Under the pieces are notes generated by a model. It had not been told where the DNA came from. It saw only the letters and a program-made list of their open reading frames with translations, and searched no databases. A stretch of DNA of 64,000 nucleotides, from positions 1 to 64,000 of IMG/VR virus record IMGVR_UViG_3300027141_000003; one strand, given 5' to 3'. A program made the translations under genes and the position numbers. Source of the stretch: a virus. Shown piece after piece: positions 1-7,342 of this stretch. Numbering within the stretch: position 1 is the first letter of the stretch; every line of letters begins with the position of its first letter.

Positions 1-29
1 TTTGGATTTACTGGCTAGTAATGTGAAAA

Positions 30-51
30 TGTCAGTGGGTTCGTGTATAAT
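30..51 (+). promoter_or_regulatory. PafBC-type (RecA-NDp) promoter TGTCAG-N10-TATAAT
   Basis: TGTCAG TGGGTTCGTG TATAAT, followed by the AACGAAAG leader and ORF 87. Confidence 0.8.
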
Positions 52-86
52 TCCATACATAACAACAAACGAAAGAAGGTCTGCCA

Positions 87-293
87 ATGGCTACCAAACT
101 ATACACAATCGAAAGCCTACTTGTAGGAAAAAACTATCGCTCAAACTCTCGCCACTTTTCAGGCGAAATTGTTTCTGCTGAACACCGCCCAGAAATTTGG
201 TATGGTGAAAAAACTGAAGCCTATCTAATCGAAATTCGTGCTGGTGGCTTGCGAAATAAATTTGCAACAATCGCAGTAAAGGTTGGTGAATAA
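87..293 (+). CDS. hypothetical early protein
   Basis: ORF with promoter and GAAGG RBS. Confidence 0.75.
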   Translation: MATKLYTIESLLVGKNYRSNSRHFSGEIVSAEHRPEIWYGEKTEAYLIEIRAGGLRNKFATIAVKVGE

Positions 294-295
294 TA

Positions 296-421
296 ATGGG
301 ATACATCGAAATTTTCCGAATGGACAACGAGGGTGCTGGCTGGGTAGATTTATCCGAAGCAACACCCGATGAATTATTCAACATCGAATTAGGATTATTA
401 GAGGAAGGTGCGTTCGAATGA
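296..421 (+). CDS. small acidic hypothetical protein (41 aa)
   Basis: MGYIEIFRMDNEGAGWVDL..., closely packed with its neighbours; below the ORF-track cutoff. Confidence 0.6.
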   Translation: MGYIEIFRMDNEGAGWVDLSEATPDELFNIELGLLEEGAFE

Positions 422-543
422 ACTTAGACGAATTCAAAAAACACGTGTTAGAAACACGTCAGGCAAGCAAGGCGGAAGCCTTGTCAGTGCTATCTGCTAC
501 AATTACAACTTCAACAAACGAAAGGGAAAACCTAAATGGCTAA
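418..543 (+). CDS. small hypothetical protein whose 3' end encodes the next promoter
   Basis: MNLDEFKKHVLETRQASKAEALSVLSATI...; ATGA overlap. Confidence 0.55.
   Translation: MNLDEFKKHVLETRQASKAEALSVLSATITTSTNERENLNG
482..503 (+). promoter_or_regulatory. PafBC-type promoter
   Basis: TGTCAG-N10-TACAAT. Confidence 0.75.
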
Positions 544-679
544 AATGAAACAACTACTTGATGAAATTATAAATTGCGATTTATGTAATGGTAAAGGCTG
601 GCAATTTTTTGGCAACGCTACTGAATACGATGTAGAGGCTTGCGAATGTAATCCTAATGAATTAGAGGTAAATTACTAA
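536..679 (+). CDS. small Cys-rich (zinc-finger-like) protein
   Basis: CDLCNGKG...CEC; AACGAAAGGG RBS. Confidence 0.6.
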   Translation: MAKMKQLLDEIINCDLCNGKGWQFFGNATEYDVEACECNPNELEVNY

Positions 680-807
680 TGAGCGAAATTGCTGGAATGT
701 GGATTTGCGATAATTGCGATACTCTCGCCATTGTGTCAGTGGAAACTGATACAATACTTGTAACACAATGTAAATGCGTAACTAACGAAAGGGAAACTAA
801 TGTATAA
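679..807 (+). CDS. small Cys-rich protein containing an embedded promoter
   Basis: CDNC...CKC; TAATG overlap. Confidence 0.55.
   Translation: MSEIAGMWICDNCDTLAIVSVETDTILVTQCKCVTNERETNV
734..755 (+). promoter_or_regulatory. PafBC-type promoter
   Basis: TGTCAG-N10-TACAAT. Confidence 0.75.
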
Positions 808-1003
808 AATAACTTGCGCCTATGATAGCAACGCTCCACACTGGTCTGCCGAATACGAAAACGAATTCGGTGCGTGGGAAAGTTTTTTCCGTTTTACCGA
901 TTGGGGAATGGCTAACGATTACTCAACTGTAAATATATCAACGCCAACTGGCAAAATGTATACAAAGGTTTTTTATCGTAGCGGAATGGTGGCAGTAAGA
1001 TGA
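800..1003 (+). CDS. hypothetical early protein
   Basis: ORF with AACGAAAGGG RBS. Confidence 0.7.
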   Translation: MYKITCAYDSNAPHWSAEYENEFGAWESFFRFTDWGMANDYSTVNISTPTGKMYTKVFYRSGMVAVR

Positions 1004-1191
1004 TGACCCGTAAAGATTATGTTGCAACCGCAGAAATTCTAAAGTATGCAAGCAATAAAATTCACCCCGCTGTTTTTTCTAAAGTCGTAAATGATTTCGC
1101 TGAAATGTTTGCAATTGATAATGAAAGATTTGATGTAAAACGATTTCACGAAGCGAGTGGATATAATGTTCCTAACTTCACTTCAAGATAA
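1000..1191 (+). CDS. hypothetical phage protein (MTRKDY...NERFD..RF type)
   Basis: ATGA overlap; motif common in small phage proteins. Confidence 0.7.
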   Translation: MMTRKDYVATAEILKYASNKIHPAVFSKVVNDFAEMFAIDNERFDVKRFHEASGYNVPNFTSR

Positions 1192-1297
1192 AGTAAAACG
1201 CATTCAGGAATTGCGTCGCAGTAATGCGGCGCAACCTGTTCGCAATAAAAAAAAATACACACGCAAAATAAAACATAAAAATAAATTTGATCAATAA
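1166..1297 (+). CDS. small basic protein with ArfA-like KKKYTRKIKHK motif
   Basis: MFLTSLQDKVKRIQELRRSNAAQPVRNKKKYTRKIKHKNKFDQ, translated by hand. Confidence 0.5.
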   Translation: MFLTSLQDKVKRIQELRRSNAAQPVRNKKKYTRKIKHKNKFDQ

Positions 1298-1315
1298 AAT
1301 TAATTTGTCGACAAA

Positions 1316-1375
1316 GCCCGCAGAGCTACGGGGTCGGGCGTGTCGTTACGGGTGTGATCTAAAACACCCTGAAAT
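1316..1375 (+). repeat. early-region fixed-geometry repeat, copy 1 of 9 (GCCCGCAG...GGG-N13-TTACG-N16-CCCTGAAAT)
   Basis: Other copies have TTACG-like blocks at 2334, 4215, 5520, 7377, 9923, 11143, 11192 and 11360. Confidence 0.8.
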
Positions 1376-1395
1376 CCTGCGTGTCAATTAGATAA

Positions 1396-1417
1396 TGTCG
1401 GTCCATTCTGTTATACT
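1396..1417 (+). promoter_or_regulatory. PafBC-type promoter
   Basis: TGTCGG-N10-TATACT. Confidence 0.8.
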
Positions 1418-1445
1418 TACAACCTTACCAACGAAAGGCCAACTA

Positions 1446-2165
1446 ATGAAATTGAAACGCTCTAATGATAGAAAGGTGGCTAACCTTGTCACAAAAAATG
1501 GAAAGCAAGCCGCAATTGCGAACACGTTCGGCCTACCTGCAGGAAAAGACTTTTCTTGTCCTGGTGCAACGTCTATCTGTGAGACTGTTTGCTACGCAGG
1601 CAAATTGGAAAAACTATATAAGGCAGTAAAGGCTAATCTTTTACACAACTGGGAATTGTTACGCAATGCAGACAATGACACAATGGTGCGCCTATTAGAT
1701 GAGATGATTGTTGATTTTGTTGCTGATTGTGATAAGAAGAATGCGCCTAAGTTATTCCGTATCCACTGGGACGGAGATTTCTTCAATGATACTTATACTT
1801 ATGCCTGGAAGACTGTTATCGAAAATCATTCCGATATTCAATTTTGGGTTTATACACGTGTAAAGTCTGCAGCGCTTATTCTAAAGGATGTATCTAATCT
1901 ATCTCTTTACTATTCCACCGACGATGAGAATAAAGAAATCGGTCACGAACTAAAAGTAAACGAAGGTATTCGCCTTGCTTACTTAGGCAAAACATTCGCC
2001 GTAACCGAAAGCACAATGAAAGAATTGACGGGCAAGCCTGGTGCAAAATGTCCTGAGAATATGAAATCAATTCCACTAATTAGCAATGCAGGTTCTGCTT
2101 GTGTATCTTGTGGCTTGTGTGTTTATGGTAAAGCAGACATTCGATTTAGCGCAACTAAAAAATAA
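1446..2165 (+). CDS. GP88-like phage protein (Cys-cluster, radical-SAM-related fold)
   Basis: CPGATSICETVCYA, FRIHWDGDF and C-terminal CP...CxxCxxC; start moved to the ATG after the RBS. Confidence 0.75.
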   Translation: MKLKRSNDRKVANLVTKNGKQAAIANTFGLPAGKDFSCPGATSICETVCYAGKLEKLYKAVKANLLHNWELLRNADNDTMVRLLDEMIVDFVADCDKKNAPKLFRIHWDGDFFNDTYTYAWKTVIENHSDIQFWVYTRVKSAALILKDVSNLSLYYSTDDENKEIGHELKVNEGIRLAYLGKTFAVTESTMKELTGKPGAKCPENMKSIPLISNAGSACVSCGLCVYGKADIRFSATKK

Positions 2166-2177
2166 GGAGAAATAAAA

Positions 2178-2300
2178 ATGGCCGAATTAAAATATTTAAA
2201 TGCGTTGCTAGCATCTGTTGTTGGTACTCCTGATCAAGCAAAAGCTGCAAAAGAATATTTAGCAGAAGTAGATCCCGACATATGGGGCCAGGAGGAGTAA
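2178..2300 (+). CDS. small hypothetical protein (40 aa)
   Basis: AAGGAG RBS; MAELKYLNALL... Confidence 0.55.
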   Translation: MAELKYLNALLASVVGTPDQAKAAKEYLAEVDPDIWGQEE

Positions 2301-2383
2301 AAGGCCCGCAGTACTGCGGGGTCGGGCGTGTCGTTAAGGATGTGATAATAATCACCCTGGAATTTTGGGCGGGTTGCCTAAAA

Positions 2384-2405
2384 TGTCAGTAGGATGTGTT
2401 ATACT
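2384..2405 (+). promoter_or_regulatory. PafBC-type promoter
   Basis: TGTCAG-N10-TATACT. Confidence 0.8.
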
Positions 2406-2433
2406 TCCATTATCCAACAACGAAAGGCTACAA

Positions 2434-2658
2434 ATGTCTAATCAAATTAAAGTTCCACACTCCGTAGTATTCGAGGCCATTATTGACCTTGATAAAATAC
2501 CTGCTAACTTACTTCCTGCATTACTAAAACTAAATGAAACAGATTTACTTACTATGTGTAAGGAAGCAACACTACACGCTCTTACTCAATCTAATTTATT
2601 GCAAACCGCTAATGAGTTTAATACTTGGGCTGAAGTAACTATCAAGGAAGGGGAATAA
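2434..2658 (+). CDS. hypothetical early protein
   Basis: Start follows the AACGAAAGG RBS. Confidence 0.7.
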   Translation: MSNQIKVPHSVVFEAIIDLDKIPANLLPALLKLNETDLLTMCKEATLHALTQSNLLQTANEFNTWAEVTIKEGE

Positions 2659-2660
2659 TA

Positions 2661-2930
2661 ATGGGAAGCATAACTGCATTAGGTATTCAAGATAGCGTGT
2701 TAGATTTAGAAACACAATTAGCCTATCACTTACAGGGTAATCATTACCCACCCGTTCCACTTTCTATGGTGCAACCTTGCATAGATGCTATTGACGCATA
2801 CTATGATGAGGATTTTGATCGACAGATAAAGATGCCTGAAGGCGTATCTTATAAAGGATTAGATACAGCACCTGCCTCCGCAATTATTGACCAACACCAC
2901 CTAGAGTTTTGGCTACCTGAGTGTGATTAG
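2661..2930 (+). CDS. hypothetical protein (HLQGNHYPPVP motif)
   Basis: ORF with RBS. Confidence 0.75.
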   Translation: MGSITALGIQDSVLDLETQLAYHLQGNHYPPVPLSMVQPCIDAIDAYYDEDFDRQIKMPEGVSYKGLDTAPASAIIDQHHLEFWLPECD

Positions 2931-2937
2931 TATCACA
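2922..2937. promoter_or_regulatory. CRP/GlxR-like box TGTGA-N6-TCACA (perfect)
   Basis: TGTGATTAGTATCACA. Confidence 0.65.
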
Positions 2938-2974
2938 CAATAACTTTCTCAAATAATGAGATACGGATACTAAA

Positions 2975-2996
2975 TGTCGGTGGTATCCGCTATAAT
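2975..2996 (+). promoter_or_regulatory. PafBC-type promoter
   Basis: TGTCGG-N10-TATAAT. Confidence 0.8.
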
Positions 2997-3025
2997 ACTA
3001 CTACCAACCAAACGAAAGGAAACAA

Positions 3026-3184
3026 ATGACAAACGCAACACTAGAGGTAGGCAAGTCCTACACAACCACTCAAAGTGGTATCACAGGAATAATCAAGTCG
3101 GTAGATACTCTGCCTAACGGCACAAGTCGTATCCTGCTTGATGTAGAAGGCAAGGAACGCTGGACAAGCGCAACTGCCAACTAA
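3026..3184 (+). CDS. small beta-barrel (SH3/KOW-like) protein
   Basis: MTNATLEVGKSYTTTQSGITGIIKSV...; strong RBS. Confidence 0.65.
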   Translation: MTNATLEVGKSYTTTQSGITGIIKSVDTLPNGTSRILLDVEGKERWTSATAN

Positions 3185-3289
3185 GGAGGCACACACCACT
3201 AATCGGGTGCTAAGCCACGAAACAGGGACAGTTTTGAGAGTGTTCTAGTCCAATGTCGTAAGTAAGAACTCTCCACCTTCGGGTGGAAA

Positions 3290-3311
3290 TGTCAGACCCC
3301 CCTGCTATACT
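3290..3311 (+). promoter_or_regulatory. PafBC-type promoter
   Basis: TGTCAG-N10-TATACT, preceded by a C(TTCG)G hairpin. Confidence 0.75.
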
Positions 3312-3346
3312 ATCCATAACAACAACCAACGAAAGGTAATAAATAA

Positions 3347-3763
3347 ATGAGCAGACAAATCACAGTAAAGGTCGCAACGACCAAAGTAATCAAGGCACTA
3401 GAAACTCGTCTAGCAACGCTAGAAAAAGACTATGCTTCACAAGAAGCAAAAGAAGCAAAGTTTCAGAAATCAGTAGAAGCGTGGCGCAAGGAAATTGGTA
3501 AGTGGGCTATTGCCAACTTCTCAAAGGCTGAGAACCTTCGCACAAACTATCGTGCTTGGAACAACACTCTCAATGTTGATTTTGACATTATCACAAAGGA
3601 AGGCAACTTCCCTACTGAACCTCAAAAAGATTTTGAGCAAATCCATCAGCACAGTTATCGTGAGATGAAAGAGGACATTACAAATGCTCTCACAATTCTC
3701 AAAATGACAGATGAGGAATTAGTCAATGCTTCTACAATGAAGCAGATTGCTAAGTATCTCTAA
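3347..3763 (+). CDS. hypothetical coiled-coil early protein
   Basis: ORF with promoter and RBS. Confidence 0.8.
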   Translation: MSRQITVKVATTKVIKALETRLATLEKDYASQEAKEAKFQKSVEAWRKEIGKWAIANFSKAENLRTNYRAWNNTLNVDFDIITKEGNFPTEPQKDFEQIHQHSYREMKEDITNALTILKMTDEELVNASTMKQIAKYL

Positions 3764-3811
3764 ATAGGTTTTGGGGGGTTAGCACACAAAGTCTAGACAC
3801 CTAAACCCAAA

Positions 3812-3838
3812 CAACCTGAGTAAGTTGCCAAACTGCTC
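3812..3838 (+). ncRNA. candidate 27-nt H-type pseudoknot, copy 1
   Basis: CAAC-CT-GAGTA-A-GTTG-CCAAAC-TGCTC; covarying copies at 5367 and 28962(-). Confidence 0.55.
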
Positions 3839-3850
3839 ACCCTTTGGGGC

Positions 3851-3880
3851 TAGACAAACTCTAACTCCAAATGCTATAAT
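3851..3880 (+). promoter_or_regulatory. sigma-A-type promoter
   Basis: TAGACA-N18-TATAAT with TG extension. Confidence 0.6.
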
Positions 3881-3907
3881 TAAAATCCCTACTAACAAAG
3901 GAACAAA

Positions 3908-4150
3908 ATGAAAAATCGTTATCGTGTAGAAATTTATGACGAAAACAAGTTAAATGATTTAACTATCTATTCTGAGCAAGGTGTCGATAAGGAATACTTA
4001 ACTGAATTAGTATTTTCTAATCTCCGCCGTTTTAACGGAACAATTCGTGCTTACGTTTATGATAATCTAAAGAAAAAGAAAATCACAGCGCTATTTTTAC
4101 CAGAAGAATTTATTCCCAAGAAAACAAACTTAACTAATCTAGTTGGCTAA
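3908..4150 (+). CDS. hypothetical protein
   Basis: ORF with AAAGGA RBS. Confidence 0.7.
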   Translation: MKNRYRVEIYDENKLNDLTIYSEQGVDKEYLTELVFSNLRRFNGTIRAYVYDNLKKKKITALFLPEEFIPKKTNLTNLVG

Positions 4151-4202
4151 AAAGTTGCAGCGATCTTCTCTTTCGCTGCAGCTGGCCCGCAGAGCTGCGG
4201 GG

Positions 4203-4232
4203 TTATCCACAGGGTTACGAGAGTTATCCACA
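4203..4232 (+). promoter_or_regulatory. two perfect DnaA boxes (TTATCCACA), 21 bp apart
   Basis: 4203-4211 and 4224-4232. Confidence 0.65.
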
Positions 4233-4245
4233 ATCCCTGGAAATT

Positions 4246-4261
4246 TGTGATAATGATCACA
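4246..4261. promoter_or_regulatory. CRP/GlxR-like box (perfect)
   Basis: TGTGATAATGATCACA. Confidence 0.65.
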
Positions 4262-4292
4262 TCACCCAATTCGGACATATTGTATCTAATCC

Positions 4293-4321
4293 TAGACAAT
4301 GTCAGTGGCAGATGTTATACT
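4293..4321 (+). promoter_or_regulatory. dual promoter: TAGACA -35 plus PafBC-type TGTCAG-N10-TATACT
   Basis: TAGACAATGTCAGTGGCAGATGTTATACT. Confidence 0.8.
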
Positions 4322-4350
4322 GAATCTAACAACCAATCGAAAGGAATAAA

Positions 4351-5358
4351 ATGGCTCATAATCTAGAAATGGAAAACGGCGAAGTTGCTTTTGCTCTTCG
4401 TGGTGCTCCTGCTTGGCACAATCTAGCAAATCGCATCTTTACAAAAGATGAGGAAGTTACAACTAGTCTAATGCTTGAAGAGGCAAAATTGGCTAATTGG
4501 AATGTTCGCTTATCACCATTGACTGACCACATTTCAGAATCTTGGAATGATGTATCTCAGGCATCTCTCGTCATTCGTGACAACCCATTCAACAAGGGAA
4601 TCGATGTTCTCGCAACTGTCGGCAAGCGTTACAAGCCTGTTCAGAATGAAGAATTGTTTGCATTCGCTGATGCAATTCACGATGCCAATGCTGATTGCCG
4701 TTGGGAATCTGCTGGCTCACTAAAAAAGGGTAAAGTTGTTTTCGGAACTGTGGACATTCCCCGCACAATGGTTCTTGACCCACAAGGCGCTAACGATGAG
4801 ACAAAACTTTATCTTATCGTATGGACATCACACGATGGTTCTGTTGCTGTTCAAGCAGCCGTTACACCTGTTCGTGTAGTATGCCAAAACACGCTAAACC
4901 TTGCAATGAAGAATGCTAAGCAATCTTTCAAGATTCGCCACACGCAATCTGTTGAAGGTCGCATTCAAGTTGCTCGTGAAACTCTTGGGCTTGCTCTTGG
5001 ATACTTTGATGAATTCGAAGTTCAAGCAAAAGCGCTTTACTCACAAGCAATCACCGATGCTGAATTCTCTAAGTTGATTCAGACAATCTATCCTAAGCCA
5101 GATAAAGATGCAGCAAAAGTTGCTCTTACTAAGTGGGAGAATAAGGTTGTTCTAATTGATGACCTTTATCATAACTCACCAACTAACGCTACAATCAAGG
5201 GAACTAAGTGGGGTGCGTTCAATGCACTAACTGAGCGCCTTGATTATTATCGTTCAGGTCGTGGCAATTCTGAAACACTAATGGCTGGTGCTTCAGGCTT
5301 TGACCCAATTCTCACCGCAGAAAAAAATAAGTTGTATCGAATGGTTGCAACTTTCTAA
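4351..5358 (+). CDS. DUF932/DUF945-family phage/plasmid protein
   Basis: MAHN..., AWH, YKPVQN, SHDGS, RVVCQNTL and TKWGAFNALTE motifs. Confidence 0.85.
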   Translation: MAHNLEMENGEVAFALRGAPAWHNLANRIFTKDEEVTTSLMLEEAKLANWNVRLSPLTDHISESWNDVSQASLVIRDNPFNKGIDVLATVGKRYKPVQNEELFAFADAIHDANADCRWESAGSLKKGKVVFGTVDIPRTMVLDPQGANDETKLYLIVWTSHDGSVAVQAAVTPVRVVCQNTLNLAMKNAKQSFKIRHTQSVEGRIQVARETLGLALGYFDEFEVQAKALYSQAITDAEFSKLIQTIYPKPDKDAAKVALTKWENKVVLIDDLYHNSPTNATIKGTKWGAFNALTERLDYYRSGRGNSETLMAGASGFDPILTAEKNKLYRMVATF

Positions 5359-5366
5359 ATAATAAA

Positions 5367-5393
5367 AATCCTAGGCACGATTTAAAACTGCCC
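5367..5393 (+). ncRNA. candidate pseudoknot, copy 2 (immediately 5' of tRNA-Asp)
   Basis: AATC-CT-AGGCA-C-GATT-TAAAAC-TGCC. Confidence 0.5.
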
Positions 5394-5397
5394 GCAA

Positions 5398-5471
5398 GAT
5401 CTCTTAGCTCAGTTGGTTAGAGCGCTACCCTGTCACGGTAGAGGTCACGGGTTCAAGTCCCGTAGGGGTCG
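5398..5471 (+). tRNA. tRNA-Asp (GTC)
   Basis: Cloverleaf: acceptor GATCTCT/AGGGGTC, anticodon arm CTACC-CTGTCAC-GGTAG, TTCAAGT T-loop; CCA not encoded. Confidence 0.92.
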
Positions 5472-5559
5472 CATCTCAAGATATGAGACGCCCGCAGACC
5501 TGAAGGCCAAATGTCCGTTTTACGGCTTTTATAAAAAAACCCCTGAAAGCTATTGTATA

Positions 5560-5581
5560 TGTCAGTGGGGCCTGGTACAAT
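5560..5581 (+). promoter_or_regulatory. PafBC-type promoter (leaderless, ATG 7 nt downstream)
   Basis: TGTCAG-N10-TACAAT-7nt-ATG. Confidence 0.75.
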
Positions 5582-5588
5582 TCTCTTT

Positions 5589-6254
5589 ATGACCAACGAA
5601 CTAGTATCAACTAAATATACATTTGCCTGTGACCCAGACGAATGCGATGTACTAATAGAACTAACATCATCTGACGGATTCGGATTCCCGTCGGGTGTGA
5701 CTGAAATCACTTGTCCGTGTGGCCGTAAGCCAGTCTTATTGTCAGTGGTCAATGCTACAATTGCTTCAACAACCCAAACGAAAGAGGAAAAAATGGAAGA
5801 GACAACAACACCTGCAGTAACAGTTCCTGATACATATAACCCTAATCTATTGGTAACTTACAAAGTTATCCGTGGTTACTCAGATGCTGAATATGCAACT
5901 GACAAGGTCACATCAATTGAATGGGACCTACACAATGCACGTCAAGCACAGAAGCACAATAGTGTTTACCAAGGCAAGATTGACACAGTCAAAGATATTA
6001 TCACTGAAGCATATGCTGATTCAGATGACCAAGAAACACTTCGTGCAATTGCTGAAGCGCTTTCAATTGAACTAATCAGAGAATTTGAATTTACCGCATC
6101 TATCGAGGTTAGCGGAACATATTCATATAACATTCTTGAAAATGATTATGACTTAGACCTTGAGTCAGAAGTTACAGATGCCCTCTTTGCTGATTCACAG
6201 AACGGTAACATTGAAATTACCGACCAAGAAGTATGCAACGTTAGTGAGCGCTAA
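5589..6254 (+). CDS. acidic hypothetical protein with N-terminal Cys motif; second in-frame start at 5793
   Basis: CDPDEC...CPCG N-terminus; internal promoter 5740-5761 and RBS before ATG 5793. Confidence 0.7.
   Translation: MTNELVSTKYTFACDPDECDVLIELTSSDGFGFPSGVTEITCPCGRKPVLLSVVNATIASTTQTKEEKMEETTTPAVTVPDTYNPNLLVTYKVIRGYSDAEYATDKVTSIEWDLHNARQAQKHNSVYQGKIDTVKDIITEAYADSDDQETLRAIAEALSIELIREFEFTASIEVSGTYSYNILENDYDLDLESEVTDALFADSQNGNIEITDQEVCNVSER
5740..5761 (+). promoter_or_regulatory. PafBC-type promoter inside a CDS
   Basis: TGTCAG-N10-TACAAT. Confidence 0.75.
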
Positions 6255-6466
6255 TGTACTTTGAGTTGACTGCTCCCGATAGGCTATCTATGGAGATGGC
6301 TTATTGGGATGCACAAATGATTGGGCTGGACCCAACTGCATTATCACCGTTGACATTCAACATCGGAACTGGTAGTATTGAGAAGGTGAGTCGCATTCGT
6401 GATAAGTATAACTTAATTGAAAGTTATACATCAGACTACGAGCCAACAGGATACACAAGGAGATAA
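6254..6466 (+). CDS. hypothetical protein
   Basis: TAATG coupling. Confidence 0.7.
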   Translation: MYFELTAPDRLSMEMAYWDAQMIGLDPTALSPLTFNIGTGSIEKVSRIRDKYNLIESYTSDYEPTGYTRR

Positions 6467-6467
6467 G

Positions 6468-6614
6468 ATGTCAGATTACAAAGATGGTTTTGATGACGGG
6501 TATAAATTTGCTCGTGAAGAGATTATGGAAAAGTTATCAGAGATTGATATCGCAGACATAGACTCTTGGATCTTAGACCGTCTTTCAGAAATGATCGAAG
6601 GTGGGAAACTATGA
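6468..6614 (+). CDS. small acidic hypothetical protein
   Basis: AGGAG RBS; MSDYKDGFDDGY. Confidence 0.65.
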   Translation: MSDYKDGFDDGYKFAREEIMEKLSEIDIADIDSWILDRLSEMIEGGKL

Positions 6615-6805
6615 TGGCTGAATGGCTTAAGTGTGATCAATGTGCAGCTCAGGCTATGTGGGAAGCTAAAAAGGATACAGCATCCCTTTATTTCTGTGGC
6701 CACCACAAAAATAAACAGGGCGAGCCACTTGTGGACTGGGCCCAAGAAATGATACAATTGCTTAACTACGAGCAAGAACAACAACTAGAAAAGGCGGAAA
6801 AGTAA
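6611..6805 (+). CDS. small zinc-binding protein (CxxC...FCGHH)
   Basis: Motif typical of small actinobacterial/actinophage proteins. Confidence 0.7.
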   Translation: MMAEWLKCDQCAAQAMWEAKKDTASLYFCGHHKNKQGEPLVDWAQEMIQLLNYEQEQQLEKAEK

Positions 6806-7209
6806 TGGGAGATAGAGCAAACTTCGTATTCGTGCAGCCAAACGGTCAATCGATTGTTTTGTACGGACACTGGGCTGGACATCAAATGCTACAACGTTTA
6901 GCAGAATCAGCAGTTAAGGCACAGGGCCGTTGGTCGGACCCTTCATATGCAACACGCATTACAATCAGCAATATGATTGGCGAAGGCTGGGCAATGGAGA
7001 CAGGCTGGGGATTATCTGTAAATGAAATTGCAGACAACGAGCACAAGATTCCTGTAATTGATTTTCAGCAACAGACATTTAGTCTTCACGAAGAGGCGCC
7101 GTATTCAGATGAATCTAATAAGATTCGTGGGATGAAGAATGAGGCAATCTTTACACAGGACCTAAGTAACTTCTGTGAGAAGTACTCAGACCAATTGGTT
7201 CGAGTATAA
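6805..7209 (+). CDS. hypothetical protein (MGDRAN...LYGHWAG)
   Basis: Coupled ORF. Confidence 0.8.
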   Translation: MGDRANFVFVQPNGQSIVLYGHWAGHQMLQRLAESAVKAQGRWSDPSYATRITISNMIGEGWAMETGWGLSVNEIADNEHKIPVIDFQQQTFSLHEEAPYSDESNKIRGMKNEAIFTQDLSNFCEKYSDQLVRV

Positions 7210-7244
7210 CTAATTAATCTAAAGGTGCCTCTATAGTCTTCGCA

Positions 7245-7342
7245 GGCCAGGGGTTAACTAAAGCATCGGATTTTACTTTCGTTGGTTACCGATAGCAGCC
7301 TTAGTAAAGAACCCTGGATCATTAACGTGTCCAGGGCTTTTT
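7245..7342 (+). ncRNA. candidate antisense sRNA/attenuator with loop complementary to the early-gene leader, followed by an intrinsic terminator
   Basis: Stem ATCGG/CCGAT encloses CTTTCGTTGGTT (reverse complement of AACCAACGAAAG); terminator CCCTGGA/TCCAGGG-CTTTTT. Confidence 0.55.

Noticed and set aside
1395-1445. Upstream ATG starts in the ORF track (1395, 2365, 5553, 10589)
   Set aside because: These starts fall within or before the promoter motif; the supported starts lie downstream of the -10/RBS, and the 10589 ORF is probably spurious.
1518-1531. CGAAC-AC-GTTCG as a LexA (SOS) box
   Set aside because: The spacer is 2 nt rather than 4, and it lies inside a CDS.
3200-3270. Hammerhead or twister ribozyme
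   Set aside because: CGAAAC is present but there is no CTGANGA core or twister consensus.
5453-5752. Minus-strand ORF overlapping tRNA-Asp
   Set aside because: It is antisense to a tRNA and to a promoter-supported plus-strand gene.
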